From the human T2T-CHM13v2.0 reference genome, Homo sapiens: a stretch of 64,000 nucleotides of DNA. A program made the translations under genes and the position numbers. The notes beneath the pieces are model-generated. The model was not told where the DNA came from. It did not search any database and worked only from the letters and a program-made list of their open reading frames with translations. This document shows positions 32,707-48,240 of the stretch, in pieces; within the stretch, counting starts at the first letter, position 1; every line of letters starts with the position of its first letter. The stretch lies in the NCBI RefSeq assembly GCF_009914755.1, contig NC_060925.1. One strand, written 5' to 3'.

Positions 32707-32843
32707 CCATGAAAGCTGATCGGAAGCGCTTAAAGGGCGAGAAGACAGACCTGGTGAGCCAGATGCAGCAGCTGTATGCCACACTGGAGAGCCGCGAGGA
32801 GCAGCTCCGAGACTTCATCCGCAACTATGAGCAGCACCGCAAG
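32707..32843 (+). CDS. KAZN: Kazrin internal coding exon (exon 3, 137 nt): (A)MKADRKRLKGEKTDLVSQMQQLYATLESREEQLRDFIRNYEQHRK, coiled coil
   Basis: Pyrimidine tract ending ccccag|CCATG; donor AAG|gtcagc; peptide recognised as kazrin; in frame with the next exon. Confidence 0.96.
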
Positions 32844-33523
32844 GTCAGCCGCCGCCCTGCCCTCCCCTCCCCTCCCGACACACCAGCTCCCACCTCCCCT
32901 GCTGGCTGGCCACCTTCACAGGCTCTGCCTCTTGAATCCCCAAACACAGATAGGGAGGCCCTTGATGTGTCCAGCCAGGCCTAGGCACCGAGATAAAACC
33001 GGCACAACCCCCGGAGAGGGATCTCCATGTCTCCTGGGCAAACAGGACAGCGTGGACTCAGGAGTCCGGGGGGTTCAGATCCTGGCTCCTTGTGTGTGTG
33101 CCCTCGCAGGTCTCGCTTGACCTCTCAGAGCCTCAGTTTCCTCTCTGCAGAGTGGTGATTGTGGTGGACCTTTCAAAGCTACAGTAAGGACTCTATGAGA
33201 TGATGAATGCCGAGCACTCAGCCTGGTGCCTGGCACATAGTATAGCATCATCAATAAGACGCATAGCTAACATTTACTAACACCATAATAAAAGTGTGAA
33301 GAGAGAGCTGGGGAGCCCCAGTGAGACAGCAGGAAGTTCTGCCTATAGGGAGGGAGTCTTGGAAGGCTTCACAGAGGAAGTGACATATGCATTGGGCTCT
33401 GTGGGGTGAATAGGAGTTTATGGGCCAGACAACTGAGGAATTTGTTTCACCATGTATCTCTCTGGTATCTGTGGTATGACATGCCAAAGAGGACACCAAA
33501 ACTTAAAGAAGAGTCAGTCCCCT

Positions 33524-33771
33524 GGCCAGGCACGGTGGCTCACACCTGTAATCCTAGCACTTTGGGAGACCCAGGTGGGTGGAATGCTTGAGGACAAGAA
33601 TTCGAGACCAGCCTGGCCAAAAGCCCATCTCTACTAAAAATACAAAAAGTAGCCGGTCATTGTGGTGCACACCTACAGTCCCAGCTACTCAGGAGGCTGA
33701 GGCACAGAATCACTGGAACCCAGGAGGTGGAGGTTGCAGTGAGCCGAGATCACCCCACTGCACTCCAGCCT
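33524..33771 (+). mobile_element. Alu lacking its 3' end and tail
   Basis: Stops at cactccagcct. Confidence 0.88.
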
Positions 33772-34156
33772 CGAGCTGAATGCACTTCTGGCCTCTGTTT
33801 TCTGCCCTGCGTAGGCACCTTGGTCACAGCCCTTGTCACAGGGTGTTCAGCTCGAGGCCCCTTTTTTGAACAGTGGGAAGCAGCAGGCCAGGTGAATGAG
33901 TCCTTCCCAGATGCTGCCTCTGAGCCGCAGTTCAGAGACCAGAGTGTTCAGACTGGATTTGAATCTAGATGCTTGGTCCCCCCTACCCACTTTGGTCTTC
34001 ACCGGTGATTCCTCACTGTCACCTCCCGGGCATGCACATCACTTCCTTTCTATGATGAAAGGAGCCTCGAGAGTTCTCTGGGCCAGGCCACCACAGCCCC
34101 TGATGGGGATCTGGGACTTCTAGCTGCCCTCAGTGCCCGACTCGAGAGCAGGGCCC

Positions 34157-34430
34157 GGCTCCCCCTACCCTGCCTACCTCTCCCCCCACCCCCCTCTGCC
34201 CTGCCTGCTCACCCCAGCCCTCCCCTGCCCTGCCTACCCAGCTCCCCCCGCCCTGCCCGCCCAGCTCCCCCTGCCCTGCCCGCCCAGCTCCCTCTGCCCT
34301 GCCCGCCCAGCTCCCTCTGCCTAGCCTGCCCCGCCCGGCTCCCCCTGCCCTGCCTGCTCGGCCCAGCCCTCCCCTGCCCTGCCTGCCCAGCTCCCCCTGC
34401 CCTGACCACCCAGCTCCCCTTCCCCTGCCT
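34157..34430. repeat. C-rich minisatellite (about 24-bp unit cagctccccctgccctgcccgcc)
   Basis: Repeated ccctgccctgcc/cccagctccc motifs. Confidence 0.9.
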
Positions 34431-35966
34431 GTTTGGCCTGGCTCCCTTTCATATTAGATGAACTGAGCCTCCCCATGCCTGTCACAGGCAAACGGTTTGG
34501 CAGGAAGGGGACGACCCAGAAGCAAGGCAGAGGGAGGCAGGGGAGCCCACAGAGGCTGCTTTCTCAGACTCTGGCATGGGGAGCAACTCATGGGCCTGGG
34601 GTGCAGCTCGTGGGCCTGGGGTCCGCTCCTTAGGGTGAGGCTGTCTCAGCAGCATTGCCTTTGGCCACCAGCAAGGAGTCAGAGACCAGGAGCTCAGAGT
34701 GACCTCCATGCAGAGGGAGGGGTAGGGGACACCGCTATCCTGTCTGATGATGCAGGTACACGTGTGTGCTCACAGGGGCGTGCTGTGGGAGTTACGGCAT
34801 GTACTTCAAGGGCTTACAGGAAGAGTTCTCAGAGCCTCGTGTGTGTCCATTCATTTAACATCCACACGGACACTGTGGGGCATATGGTTATCCTCCCATT
34901 TCACAGATGAGCTGATAGACACAGAGAGGGGAGATAACTCACCCACGGTCATGCAGCCGGCGATGGCAGGGCAGGGGCTTACAGGGCCTGGGTCCAGAGC
35001 CTACGGGCCTTCCCCCTGTGCAGCGCGCCTCTTCCCCCAACCCCATCACCCCCTGGCACTCAGCACAGCATCTTCTGGTCGCCTCTGCTCCCTGCCTCCC
35101 CTTCTGTGTCCACCTCTCTCATTTCTCCATTCTCGGCCTAAGGAGCTTGGTCTTTTTTCAGTGGGCAAGGCAGGGAGAGCCTCTGCCTGACCAGCCCCAT
35201 GCCCAGCAGCAGGGAAACCTGGTTACCTCTTTTTTATTGGGGACAGGACACAGTGGGGCCAGAGAACCAGCCCATAGCCTTCAGTGACGTGCTGGCCCTG
35301 GGGCAGAAGACAGGCTCCAAGCTGACCTTCTACTTGTCCCCTGAGCCACCAGCTTCCTCCCCTCCTGGGACCAGGGTCACGCAGGGATTAAGAGCAGACA
35401 GATAGGTTAGCATCTCACCTCTGCACTCGCTATGGGGGTGGCTCGGGCAAACAGCTGACTCTCCCCGGTCTCAGCCTTCACATCTGTAAAGCAGGATGAA
35501 GATTGCAACTACTCACAGCCCAGTGCTGTCAGACCTGAGGTTCCCGGGGCATGGAAAGCAAGGGGGGTAGGGGCATATGCCTGCTACCATTATTATTATC
35601 ATTATCATTATTATTGCTTTCGGGGATTCAGAGTCAGCCATTTGATCATGAAAATTCCACAGTGGATTTCAAAGCCCCTCTGCCGGCCCCTCACCTGCCA
35701 CTCCCTGTTGTTGGTCTCACTGGCAAACCCGGAGAAGGAAACGAAGGCCCCGGGTGGGCAGGATTGGAGCTGTGGCTGGTCCCACACAGACCCCAGTCGT
35801 AGGTCTGGTTTCTGGGAATGGGGTGGAGAGGCAAGACCTGTGCAGAAAGGAACCCAGACAAGTCCTTCTGGGAGGGACAGAGGGTCTCAGAGGACCCAGG
35901 AATCAGGAGCTAGAAGAAAGAGCTCCCTGAGAACACATGCCCTGAAGGAGGACAGATCAGGATTTA

Positions 35967-36333
<367 letters not shown>

Positions 36334-36404
36334 TACCAGGTAATCATCCTGGCAGGGACTGATGTGATGGCTGCCTTCAGAGGCCACCTCAGCAGGAGCT
36401 GGCA

Positions 36405-37165
36405 TGAACACAGTATTACCTATAGCAAATGTTTATTGTGCACCTACTGTATACAGGCATGAACATGGTATTACTAATACCAGACGTTTGTTGTGCATCT
36501 GCTGTATACAGGCATGAACATGGTATTACCAATAGCAGACGTTTATTGTGCACCTACTGTATACAGGCATGAATGTGATATTACCAATATCCAATGTTTA
36601 TTGTGCACCTACTATATACAGGCATGAACATGGTGTTACCAATAGCAGATGTTTATTGTGCAACTACTGTTTAAGGCATGAACATGACAAGTAACAGACA
36701 TTTATTGTGCACCTACTGTATAAGGCATGACCGTGACAGTACCAATAGCAGATGTTTATTGTGCACCTGCTGTATACAGACATGAATGTGCTATTACCAA
36801 CAGCAGACATTTATTGTGCACCTACTATATACAGACATGAATGTGCTATTACCAACAGCAGACGTTTATTGTGCACCTACTGTATACAGACATGAATGTG
36901 ATATTACCAGTAGCAGATGTTTATTGTGCACCTACTGTATACAGACACGAATGTGCTATTACCAACAGCAGACGTTTATTGTGCACCTACTGTATACAGA
37001 CATGAATGTGATATTACCAGTAGCAGATGTTTATTGTGCATCTACTGTATACAGACACGAATGTGCTATTACCAACAGCAGACGTTTATTGTGCACCTAC
37101 TGTATACAGACATGAATGTGATATTACCAGTAGCAGATGTTTATTGTGCACCTACCGTGCACAGG
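36405..37165. repeat. 55-bp minisatellite, 14 copies, with a 110-bp higher-order dimer in the 3' half
   Basis: ttt(a/g)ttgtgca core recurs at about 36432, 36487, 36542, 36597, 36652, 36701, 36755, 36810, 36865, 36920, 36975, 37030, 37085 and 37140. Confidence 0.97.
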
Positions 37166-38411
37166 CACTGCCCTCATCTCTTCACATTTGCTATTTTAAT
37201 AGCAATCCTTCGAGGAGTGATTGTCCCCATTCCCCCCATTTAACAGGTGAAAACTGAGACTTAGGTAAAGTCTCAGGCCGAGGGCCACACGATTATGGAA
37301 AGGGGTAGAGGCAGGATGCAAACCCAGGAGGTCTAGTCCCAGAGCCCCAGCCCCAGAGCTCATAGGACTGGGCCTGGCCTGGGCCACCGTCCCCACACCA
37401 CTCAGTGCATGTTCAGAGGAACGAAGGAATGAGTCCCACTGTTTGCCATTTTCAACAACCCAAGGCCGACCACAGAGAGGAGGTCACAGCTGTCCCTGTG
37501 AACCATGGGTAGAGTGCTGGCTATTTCAGTGGCCAAACTAGCATTTCATACCAGTGCTTCTCTGTGTCTTTTCATGATATATCAAATTTGTTTTTTAAAA
37601 TTATTTGGGCAAAAATGATACATTTTAATGGGGTACATAGTGATGTTTGGATCCATGGAATGTATAGTTATCAGATCAGAGTAATTAACATATCCATCTC
37701 AAAGTGTAACATCCATCTCATATTTGGCAATAAAATTCCCATGGAGAGCACCGTGTCATTTTTTAAGACATAGGTGACTAGGGGCATCCCCCAAGTCTGA
37801 CCAGCCGCTGGGGTGGGGTTGACGCTACTCAATAGAAGCCTTGTGGCTATGACTGCCGGGGGCAGCTCCCTGTAGCTACAGCTGAGCAGCAAGTGCCACT
37901 TTTATTGATTGGCTTCATAATGCCCTTCAGATTCATTCAGAAAAATGAACTTTGGAAAATACTGATTTTAAAAAAATTAATACCTTAATACTAAGATATG
38001 AATATTAGAAGTGGAGAGAGTCGCGCCTGTAGATCGGTGGAATAGCAACATTAAAACAATATTTTAGTCATTGTTGGGTCCAGCCCCATTTTACAGGTGG
38101 GAAGACTGAGGTCCGCAAGGGTCAAGTGACTGACCCAAGGACACATGTTTAGAGCCAGTTTGGCAAAACTGAAGCCACAAGTCCTGGTTTTATTTCATCT
38201 CTTCCAAGATCTTGCAGCTGGTTACCAAAAATGATTTGCATTTTATGTGCATGATAAATGTCCCCCTGGAACAGGATGACTGGAACCCTCAGGTTCCCTC
38301 GCCCACGCAACTGTGCCCGCTTAGTCTGCCATGGCCCACCCAACTTCTCCAGCAGACTCCTGTAGGACTCCACTGGAGCAGGCAGCAGGAAGGACCCCAG
38401 GCCCTGAGCTA

Positions 38412-39265
<854 letters not shown>

Positions 39266-39326
39266 CCTAGCCAGACCTTCATGCCCCTGCAGCCCCTCCT
39301 CTCCCCTCTGTATTCTACTCTCCGCA

Positions 39327-39640
<314 letters not shown>

Positions 39641-41637
39641 ACACTCCCCTCTTATGTCCATGTGATCCCCAAGTGCTGGCAGCCCCAAAGAACCTCAGCT
39701 CCCAGGCCTGTCATCCAAGGCCCCATGAGGTCTTGGCCAAATCCCACCCTCAGAAATTCCCACCACCCCCAACCCCCTTCCAGTTCCAGACCTCTCAGGC
39801 GTCTCCTTTCAGTTCCTTTCCTGCCTCAGGTACCAGCAGGGATTGAGGCCTCTACCACACTGTCTATGAGCTGGCGAAGTTGTTTTACCTCTCTGGGCCT
39901 CAGTTTGCTCATCTGTGACATAGGGATAATCATAGTCCCTGCCTCAGGGGTGGTTGTGAGATTTAAATAATGCACCTAAAAGCCTTAGCACTGTACAGAA
40001 CGTTCTGTGACAGTTGCTGCTGAGCCCAGCTCTCCTGCTGCCGCGGAATATGACCCCAAGAAGGTGGGAGTCCAAAACTTGAAAGCACCTACAGGCCTTC
40101 CCACCCGGCCTAGAGCCCTTGGTCTGTTCGTGAGTAGTAGTGTGAACCAGTGACTGCGATGAGACAAAAATGATCCTGAGGGACCTAGTGGGGCTTCCTC
40201 CTAATTCAGGGACATTTTATAAGCAGCCTCTTGTACACCAGCGGGTTCTCAGGGACAACCCTTACCCCAGTGGTCAGTTTCTACACTGTAGCAGAATTTT
40301 TCACTATAAGCTCCACGAGTGCAGGGATTTTTGTCTGGTTTGTACCAGACAAATATCCACAAATATTGGTTGAATAACAGACCAGTATCAGCTTCAAATA
40401 AAGAAAACAGGTTAGAGAGGGCCTGGGGCTTCTTTCTTACGTGGGTGGTCAGGGAAGGCTTCTCAGAGGAGGAGACAATTGAGCAGGGATCTGAGTGAGG
40501 CGAGCAGGTGCCTGCTGGGAGCCCAGTCCTGTGCAGAGCTCTCCAGGTGGATTCCTTCATGCAGACCCACACAAACGCCCCAAAGTATATGTGGTATTAT
40601 CCCCTGGTTACAGATGGGGAAACTGAGGCAGGGATGACTCACAGCAGTCATTGCAAAGCCAGGATTTGGCCCAGGTTCTCCCTCTGTCTCCAGAACCAAG
40701 GCCATAGCTACAGCTCTGACAGCCACAGAGAAAAGGCCACGTTCTCCCTCAGCCTCCCTGTCTCTCACCATCTGGAAGTGAGGCCTTCAGAGACAGGTTT
40801 GTCAGACAAGGCAGGATGGTGGCCTCTCTCCACGGTCCCAGGCCACACGGAGACCTTGGATTTGCTTTTGATTTGGTGAATGGGAAGATGGTGGCTGGGT
40901 GGATGGGTAGAGCTCCCCGCTGGGACTGTCCTTCTCAAAAGGACGCCTGTTGTTCTGAAACTTTGCTCCGGCCAACAGAGGTCACAGCCTCGATTCAGCT
41001 GTCTGTTCCTTCCCTGCTGGCTCTGCTCTGGGGACTGGCACAGCCGGGGCCTGGCCCTTCCCTGGACAATCACAGAAAACAGCTCATGCAGGAGGGCCAG
41101 CCTGGGGAGGGGCTGGGGCAAGCGGCTGAGGACTGTGCTGCATTCAGGACACAGCAACTGTTTCTCTCACAGGCTGTGACCCTGTGGAGTGGTGGCCGGA
41201 CCTTGTGGCAGTCCAGACAATTGGGGTCGCTGGTGCCTCCTTACTGTTGACCCTGTTTCCCTGTGATGAACACAATTGACCAAACAGAACAAAGCCCCAG
41301 AACAACTATTGCACCCTAACTTCTGTCAGACTGTGTTAAGTATTTCCCGCACGTGAAGTCATTCAATCTTTAGAATTCTTTGAAACAAGTAGGATTGACT
41401 CCTGCCCCATTTTACATAAGGGGAACCCAGACTCGATGAGGTAGAATGACTTCCCCAAAGCAGTCATTTGCCAACTTACTCATTCATGCAGCAAAAAAAG
41501 GGTTTAATGAGTGTCTACTGGGTTCGTCTCTGTTCCAGTCTTCCAGCTAGTTTGTGGCAGAGCTGGAGTTCGTGCCCACGGCTTTCCCACCACAGAGCCA
41601 GAGCTCCTGGCCACATGTCATGGGGCCTCCCCACTTC

Positions 41638-41886
41638 TTTTTTTTTTTTTTTTTTTTTTTTTTTTGAGACAGAGTCTCGCTCTGTCGCCCAGGCTGGAGT
41701 GCAGTGGTGCGATCTCGGCTCACTGCAAGCTCCACCTCCCAGGTTCTGCCATTCTCCTGCCTCAGCCTCCCGAGTAGCTGGGACTACAGGTGCCCGCCAC
41801 CATGCCTGGCTAATTTTTTTGTGTTTTTAGTAGAGACGGGGTTTCACCATGTTAGCCAGGATGGTCTCAATCTCCTGACCTCGTGA
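41638..41886 (-). mobile_element. 5'-truncated AluY
   Basis: Y diagnostics; TSD ccccacttcttt. Confidence 0.93.
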
Positions 41887-41992
41887 CCCCACTTCTTTTT
41901 CCATCTAGGAGTTAGGCCCCCTCTAGGCATCCCTGGGCCAGGAGGAGCCTGGCTGTAACACCCACGGTGCTCTCTCCCTCTCCCACCCACAG

Positions 41993-42163
41993 GAGAGCGA
42001 GGATGCGGTCAAAGCGCTGGCCAAGGAGAAGGACCTGCTGGAGCGTGAGAAGTGGGAGCTGCGGCGCCAAGCCAAGGAGGCCACAGACCACGCCACGGCA
42101 CTGCGCTCCCAGCTGGACCTCAAGGACAACCGGATGAAGGAGCTGGAGGCCGAGCTGGCCATG
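41993..42163 (+). CDS. KAZN: Kazrin coding exon 4 (171 nt, phase 0-0): ESEDAVKALAKEKDLLEREKWELRRQAKEATDHATALRSQLDLKDNRMKELEAELAM
   Basis: Acceptor tctctccctctcccacccacag|GAG; donor ATG|gtgaga; heptad-rich open frame continuing exon 3. Confidence 0.96.
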
Positions 42164-42470
42164 GTGAGAACCCTCCCCACCCAGGTGGGCCTGGCATCTG
42201 CTAGCAGTGCCGTGCTGGGAGCCGGGACGTCTGGCACCGACTCACATCGGAGACCTAGGGTGGGGTGGGTGGGGCAGAGCAGAACACAAGCAGGGGGCAG
42301 GGCCCGCCGCGGGAGGGGGCTTTCTGCAATGCATCATAAGTTTCCCTCCAAGACCATGCCCCCAGAGACTGGGCCAGCCTTTTATCCACCTGCCTTGGGC
42401 CCAGGGAGTGTGGAGACGCTGGGAAACCACTCACTCCTCCACACACCCCAGCCTACTATTAGGAAAAAAA

Positions 42471-42747
42471 GGCCTAGTGCAGTGGCTCATGCCTGTAATC
42501 CCAGCAGTTTAGGAGACCAGGGCAGGTGGATCGTATTTGAGCCCAGCAGCTTGAGACCAGCCTGGGCAACATGGCAAAACCCTATCTCTACCAAAAAATT
42601 AGCCAGGCCTGGTACATGCCTGTAGTCCCAACTAGACCGGTGGCTGAGGCAAAAGGATTGCCTGAGCCCTGGAGGTAAGGCTGCAGTGAGCCACTGCACC
42701 CCAGCCTGGGCGACAGTGAGACCCTGTCTCAAACAAAAAAAAAAAAA
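42471..42747 (+). mobile_element. AluJ
   Basis: Diverged Alu; TSD aggaaaaaaa. Confidence 0.88.
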
Positions 42748-43420
42748 GGAAAGGAAAAAAAATTTTTTTTGTTTAAAATATACATATTTGCTTAGGAAAA
42801 TATTTGGGAGGAAATACATGGAAATATTAATGTTCATTCTCTCAGAGTGGTAGCAACTTTTATTTATTTCTTTGTTTGTTTATTGGCCTCTTTTCAAATG
42901 TCTTTGCAGCAAAAATGTCTTACTTGGGTCATTAAGGAAACAAATAATTTTTTCCTAACCCAAACCAAACCCTCAAAATACTTCCAGACACTTTGTTTTC
43001 CCAGGAGATGCGTACCCTTTGTGTGTGGGGACAGAGGGTCCGGGTCGGGAGAGAGAGCCCTGGAGGTCTGTTCTGCCTGCTCCTGTGTGACCTTGGGCTG
43101 CCCACTCAACTGTTCTGGGCTTCAGTGCCTTTTACTTGTTACTGGGCTGGGAGTGGAGTCTTAATCCCACCCTACCTTCCCCACAGGGTGGCTGGGCAGA
43201 TCCAGGGAGCTTGTGGCTAGAGTAGGGGAAGGGGGAGGACGTAAGTCTTAGAGGATTTGTCGTCCTGCAGAGTGCTGATGCCAGCTAACGGTGTGGTTAC
43301 AGCCATGTGATCTGGGTTCGAATCCAGCCCCAGGTGCTTCCCAGCTGTGTGACTTTGGGCAGGAGCCTTCACCTCTCTGGACTCCATATCCATCAACTCA
43401 AAACAGAGATAATGGCATAT

Positions 43421-44552
<1,132 letters not shown>

Positions 44553-45506
44553 GCTTTGTAGGGCTCTTGTGAGGATTTCCAAGAAATAAAGCAGGAGAAG
44601 CATTTGGCACCGGGCCTGGATTCCTGGACGTGGTAAAACCACGGCAGGATGGTTTACTAAGGGCCAGGCCCCAGGACAGGCCGGGGCAGGATCCGTGGGC
44701 CTAGCCTAGGTCTCCTTGTCCAATGCTGACCCCTAGTGGTGAGAACTGCTGGGCAGGAAAAAGCTGCGGCTGCAGGGACTTCTGGGGTCCAGGGGGTTCC
44801 CACCAGTGGGGTTGATAATACTGGAGGCCCTGCTGCTGCGTGCAGCCCAGAAAGAAACCTTTGAACTTGCAGGCCAGGAAAAGGCCCCTGTTCTCCCAGG
44901 TCTTTCTCATGCCTTGTGGACAGACAGATATGTCTTCCTTCCTTGGAGTCCTGGCCTTAGGCATCCGAGGACTCCCTGGGTCTTTCTGGCCTAGAAACCA
45001 GCTCACCCTGGCTTCCACTCCCACTGCGTCTGGACACTCAGCCTGTTTCCGCTCTGGCCAAGAAAACTCAGCTTCTGGCCTCCTTCTGGCAGGCATCAGA
45101 TGCATCTGCCCGTGTGAATGTTGGCAACTCAGGTTGATTGGTTTATGTTCATGTTAACAGCACATGCAGTGTCTACCCAGGGCTTGGAGGCAGAGAGAAG
45201 GGGCTTCACGAGGAGCTGTGATGACCCCAGTCTTGTTGGGGTGTCCACCTGACTGCAGGTTCCCTCCATTGCCCGCCATGCCTAAAGTTTCACCGCCAGG
45301 CTGTGTTGCCTGCAGGCCCAGCTCCCCCACTGCACAGCTGACCCTTCCTCGGGGGGTGCCTTAAGTCCTGGGTTGCAAGCAACAGAAAGCAGCTCTGCTC
45401 TACCAGTGGAAGCATAGAGGGTGGGTTGGAAGGAAGTCAGGGTCCACACGTGCAGTGGGGAGGTGGAGGGCGCAGCTTAGCAATGGCAGAAGCCACGGCA
45501 GCTGCA

Positions 45507-45955
<449 letters not shown>

Positions 45956-46559
45956 TTACTTGCCCCTTACCCAGGGGTCCTGGCTGTAGCTGCTGGTGCT
46001 GGGCGGTTTCTTAAGTGACCCTGAGGTGCTGCCACAGAGGTGGCAAAGCTCACACCTGCCAGTGACACTGAGGCCACTGGGAAAGCAGGTATTGGGGAAA
46101 GAGCCCAGGCTGGTGCCAAGTGAGGGGTGAGCAGCCCCTCAGGATCCAGGCATCGTCCCTCCCCCCATGTCCTGAGGAGCCAACTCTGGGCCGCCCCACA
46201 CACCCTCTTCGCTGCTTCACTTGGGGAAAAGCCAAAAAGACATTTGCTTCTGCAGACGTTTCCCAAGAAGCAAAGCCCTCTATTGGCATTTAGCAATGAA
46301 GGTGGGCACCCTGAGGCCTGCCCAGCCATCCACCCTTGCTGGGGGCATTTCCTGTTAAATCCTGATTGAACCAGGCATTACCACCCACACAGCAACTTCT
46401 CTGTAACCACACTGGCCCCAAGGGACCGCATGTGTGTGTATGTGTGTGTGTGTGTGTATGTGTAAAATATTGTTTATCAACTTAGAATGTCAAGGCCCGA
46501 GCCCACATGAGCCTACCGTTGCCCCCGCAGGAGCCTCCCCTCCATGGCCAGAGCCAGCG

Positions 46560-46930
46560 TTGATCCTTGGTTGTTGGTCCTGGGTCGTTGATCCTTGGTC
46601 GTTGGTCCTGGGTCGTCGGTCCTGGGTCGCTGGTCCTGGGTCGTCGGTCCTGGGTCGTCGGTCCTGGGTCGTCGGTCCTGGGTCGCTGGTCCTGGGTCGT
46701 TGGTCCTGGGTCGTTGATCCTTGGTCGTTGGTCCTGGGTCGTTGGTCATGGGTCGTCGATCCTGGGTCGTCGATCCTGGGTCGTCGATCCTGGGTCGTTG
46801 ATCCTTGGTCATTGGTCCTGAGTCGTTGGTCCTGGGTTGTTGGTGCTGGGTCGTTGGTCCTGGGTCGTTGGTCCTTGGTCGTTGGTCCTGGGTCGTTGGT
46901 CCTGGGTCGTTGGTCCTGGGTCGTTGGTCA
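46560..46930. repeat. CpG-rich 7/14-bp minisatellite (ggtcgtt ggtcctg)n, about 50 heptamers
   Basis: Direct inspection; produces the repetitive ORFs at 46434-47323. Confidence 0.97.
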
Positions 46931-47357
46931 TGCCGTTCAGTGGTTTTTAGCATGCTGACAACATTGTGCAGCCACCACTGCTGTCTAATTCCAGAACAGT
47001 TGCATCTCCCCAAGAAGCACCCCGTCTTCATGCGCAGTCACTCCAGTGAGGTCTGTATTCTTACGGTTTCGGAGCTGGAGATCAGGCGATCCTGTACTCC
47101 ATGGGGTGACGGCTTTGCCGGGAGGCTTTTGACGGGAGTCCAGCCATGGCCTGAAGGAGGCAGCTCCCTTACCAGCCTTCCCTCAGTCCACAGGCCTTTC
47201 CCACCAGCCTCCCTAGTCACATGTGGGGCTGGGAGACAGGGCTGCCTGCTCCTGAGACCATGGGCATCCCCCACACACTGGTCCTGTCCCTGGGAGCCCG
47301 GCTCACACGGACCTCGCTGCTGACGAGCGCGGCTTCTCCAGCACGGGAAATGCTCTT

Positions 47358-47582
47358 CAGTTTACGGTGCTCTCTGTAAACAAGGGCACCATAGACGTTT
47401 GGGGCCACATAACAGTGGTGGGGCTGCCCTGTGCTCTGTAGGGTGTGTGGCAGCTTCCCTGGCCTCCACCCACCAGATGCCAGCAGCACCCCCTCCACCC
47501 CAGCCCCCCAGTGTCACAGCAGTAGACTCCAGACATGGCCAGATGTCCCCTGGAGTGCAGAATCACCCCAGACTGGAAGCAC
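47358..47582. mobile_element. MER20 (hAT-Charlie)
   Basis: ggggctgccctgtgc...tggcctccacccaccagatgccagc...ccagacatggccagatgtcccctgg. Confidence 0.85.
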
Positions 47583-47759
47583 CCCTCCATCAAGTAGGAC
47601 ATTTTGCAAGAATCAGACGTTCCTATCTGTCTGGGCCTGGGCTGTTTGAGTCTAGCAGAGTCCCAGTTTGGGTCCTGTTATTTTCTGTCTGTGTGACCCT
47701 TGACAAGGGACTTAACCTTTCTGAGCCTCAGTTTCCTCCTGTATAAAATCAGAACTATA

Positions 47760-48240
47760 GGCCAGGTGTGGTGGCACACACCTGTAATCCCAGCACTTTG
47801 GGGAGGCCGAGGCAGGTGGATCACCTGAGGTCAGGAGTTCAAGACTAGGTTGGCCAACATGGTGAAACCCGTCTCTACTAAAAATACAAAAATTAGCCAG
47901 GCATGATGGCAGGCGCCTGTAATCCCAGCTACTCTGGAGGCTGAGGCAGGAGAATCGCTTGAACCCAGGAGGGTTGCAGTGAGCTGAGATCACACCATTG
48001 CCCTCCAGCCTGGATGACAGAGTGAGACTCCATCAGAGTAGAGTAGGGTAGGGTAGGGTAGGGTAGGGTAGGGTAGGGTAGGGTAGAGTAGAGTAGAGTA
48101 CAGTAGAGTACAGTAGAGTAGAGTAGAGTAGAGTAGTAGAGTAGGTCTCCATCTCAATAGAATAATAGAATAGAATGGAATAGAATAGAATAGAATAGAA
48201 TAGAATAGAATAGAATAGAATAGAATAGAATAGAATAGAA
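47760..48240 (+). mobile_element. AluS with compound pentamer tail (AGAGT)/(AGGGT)/(AGAAT)n
   Basis: Alu body to about 48034, then microsatellites. Confidence 0.93.

Noticed and set aside
36405-37165. CRISPR-like appearance of regularly spaced repeats (also 61715-61932)
   Set aside because: Units are contiguous tandem copies with no unique spacers, there are no cas genes, and the context is a primate intron
41990-41995. NAGNAG (CAGGAG) tandem acceptor at exon 4
   Set aside because: Distal GAG acceptors are rarely used, and there is no evidence from sequence alone
43285-43410. tRNA-like B box gggttcgaatcc
   Set aside because: It is the tRNA-derived head of a MIR; no cloverleaf
46434-47323. 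Repetitive ORFs (WSWVVGPGSLVLGR / QRPRTNDPGPTT)
   Set aside because: By-product of a stop-poor 14-bp minisatellite; no splice or promoter support
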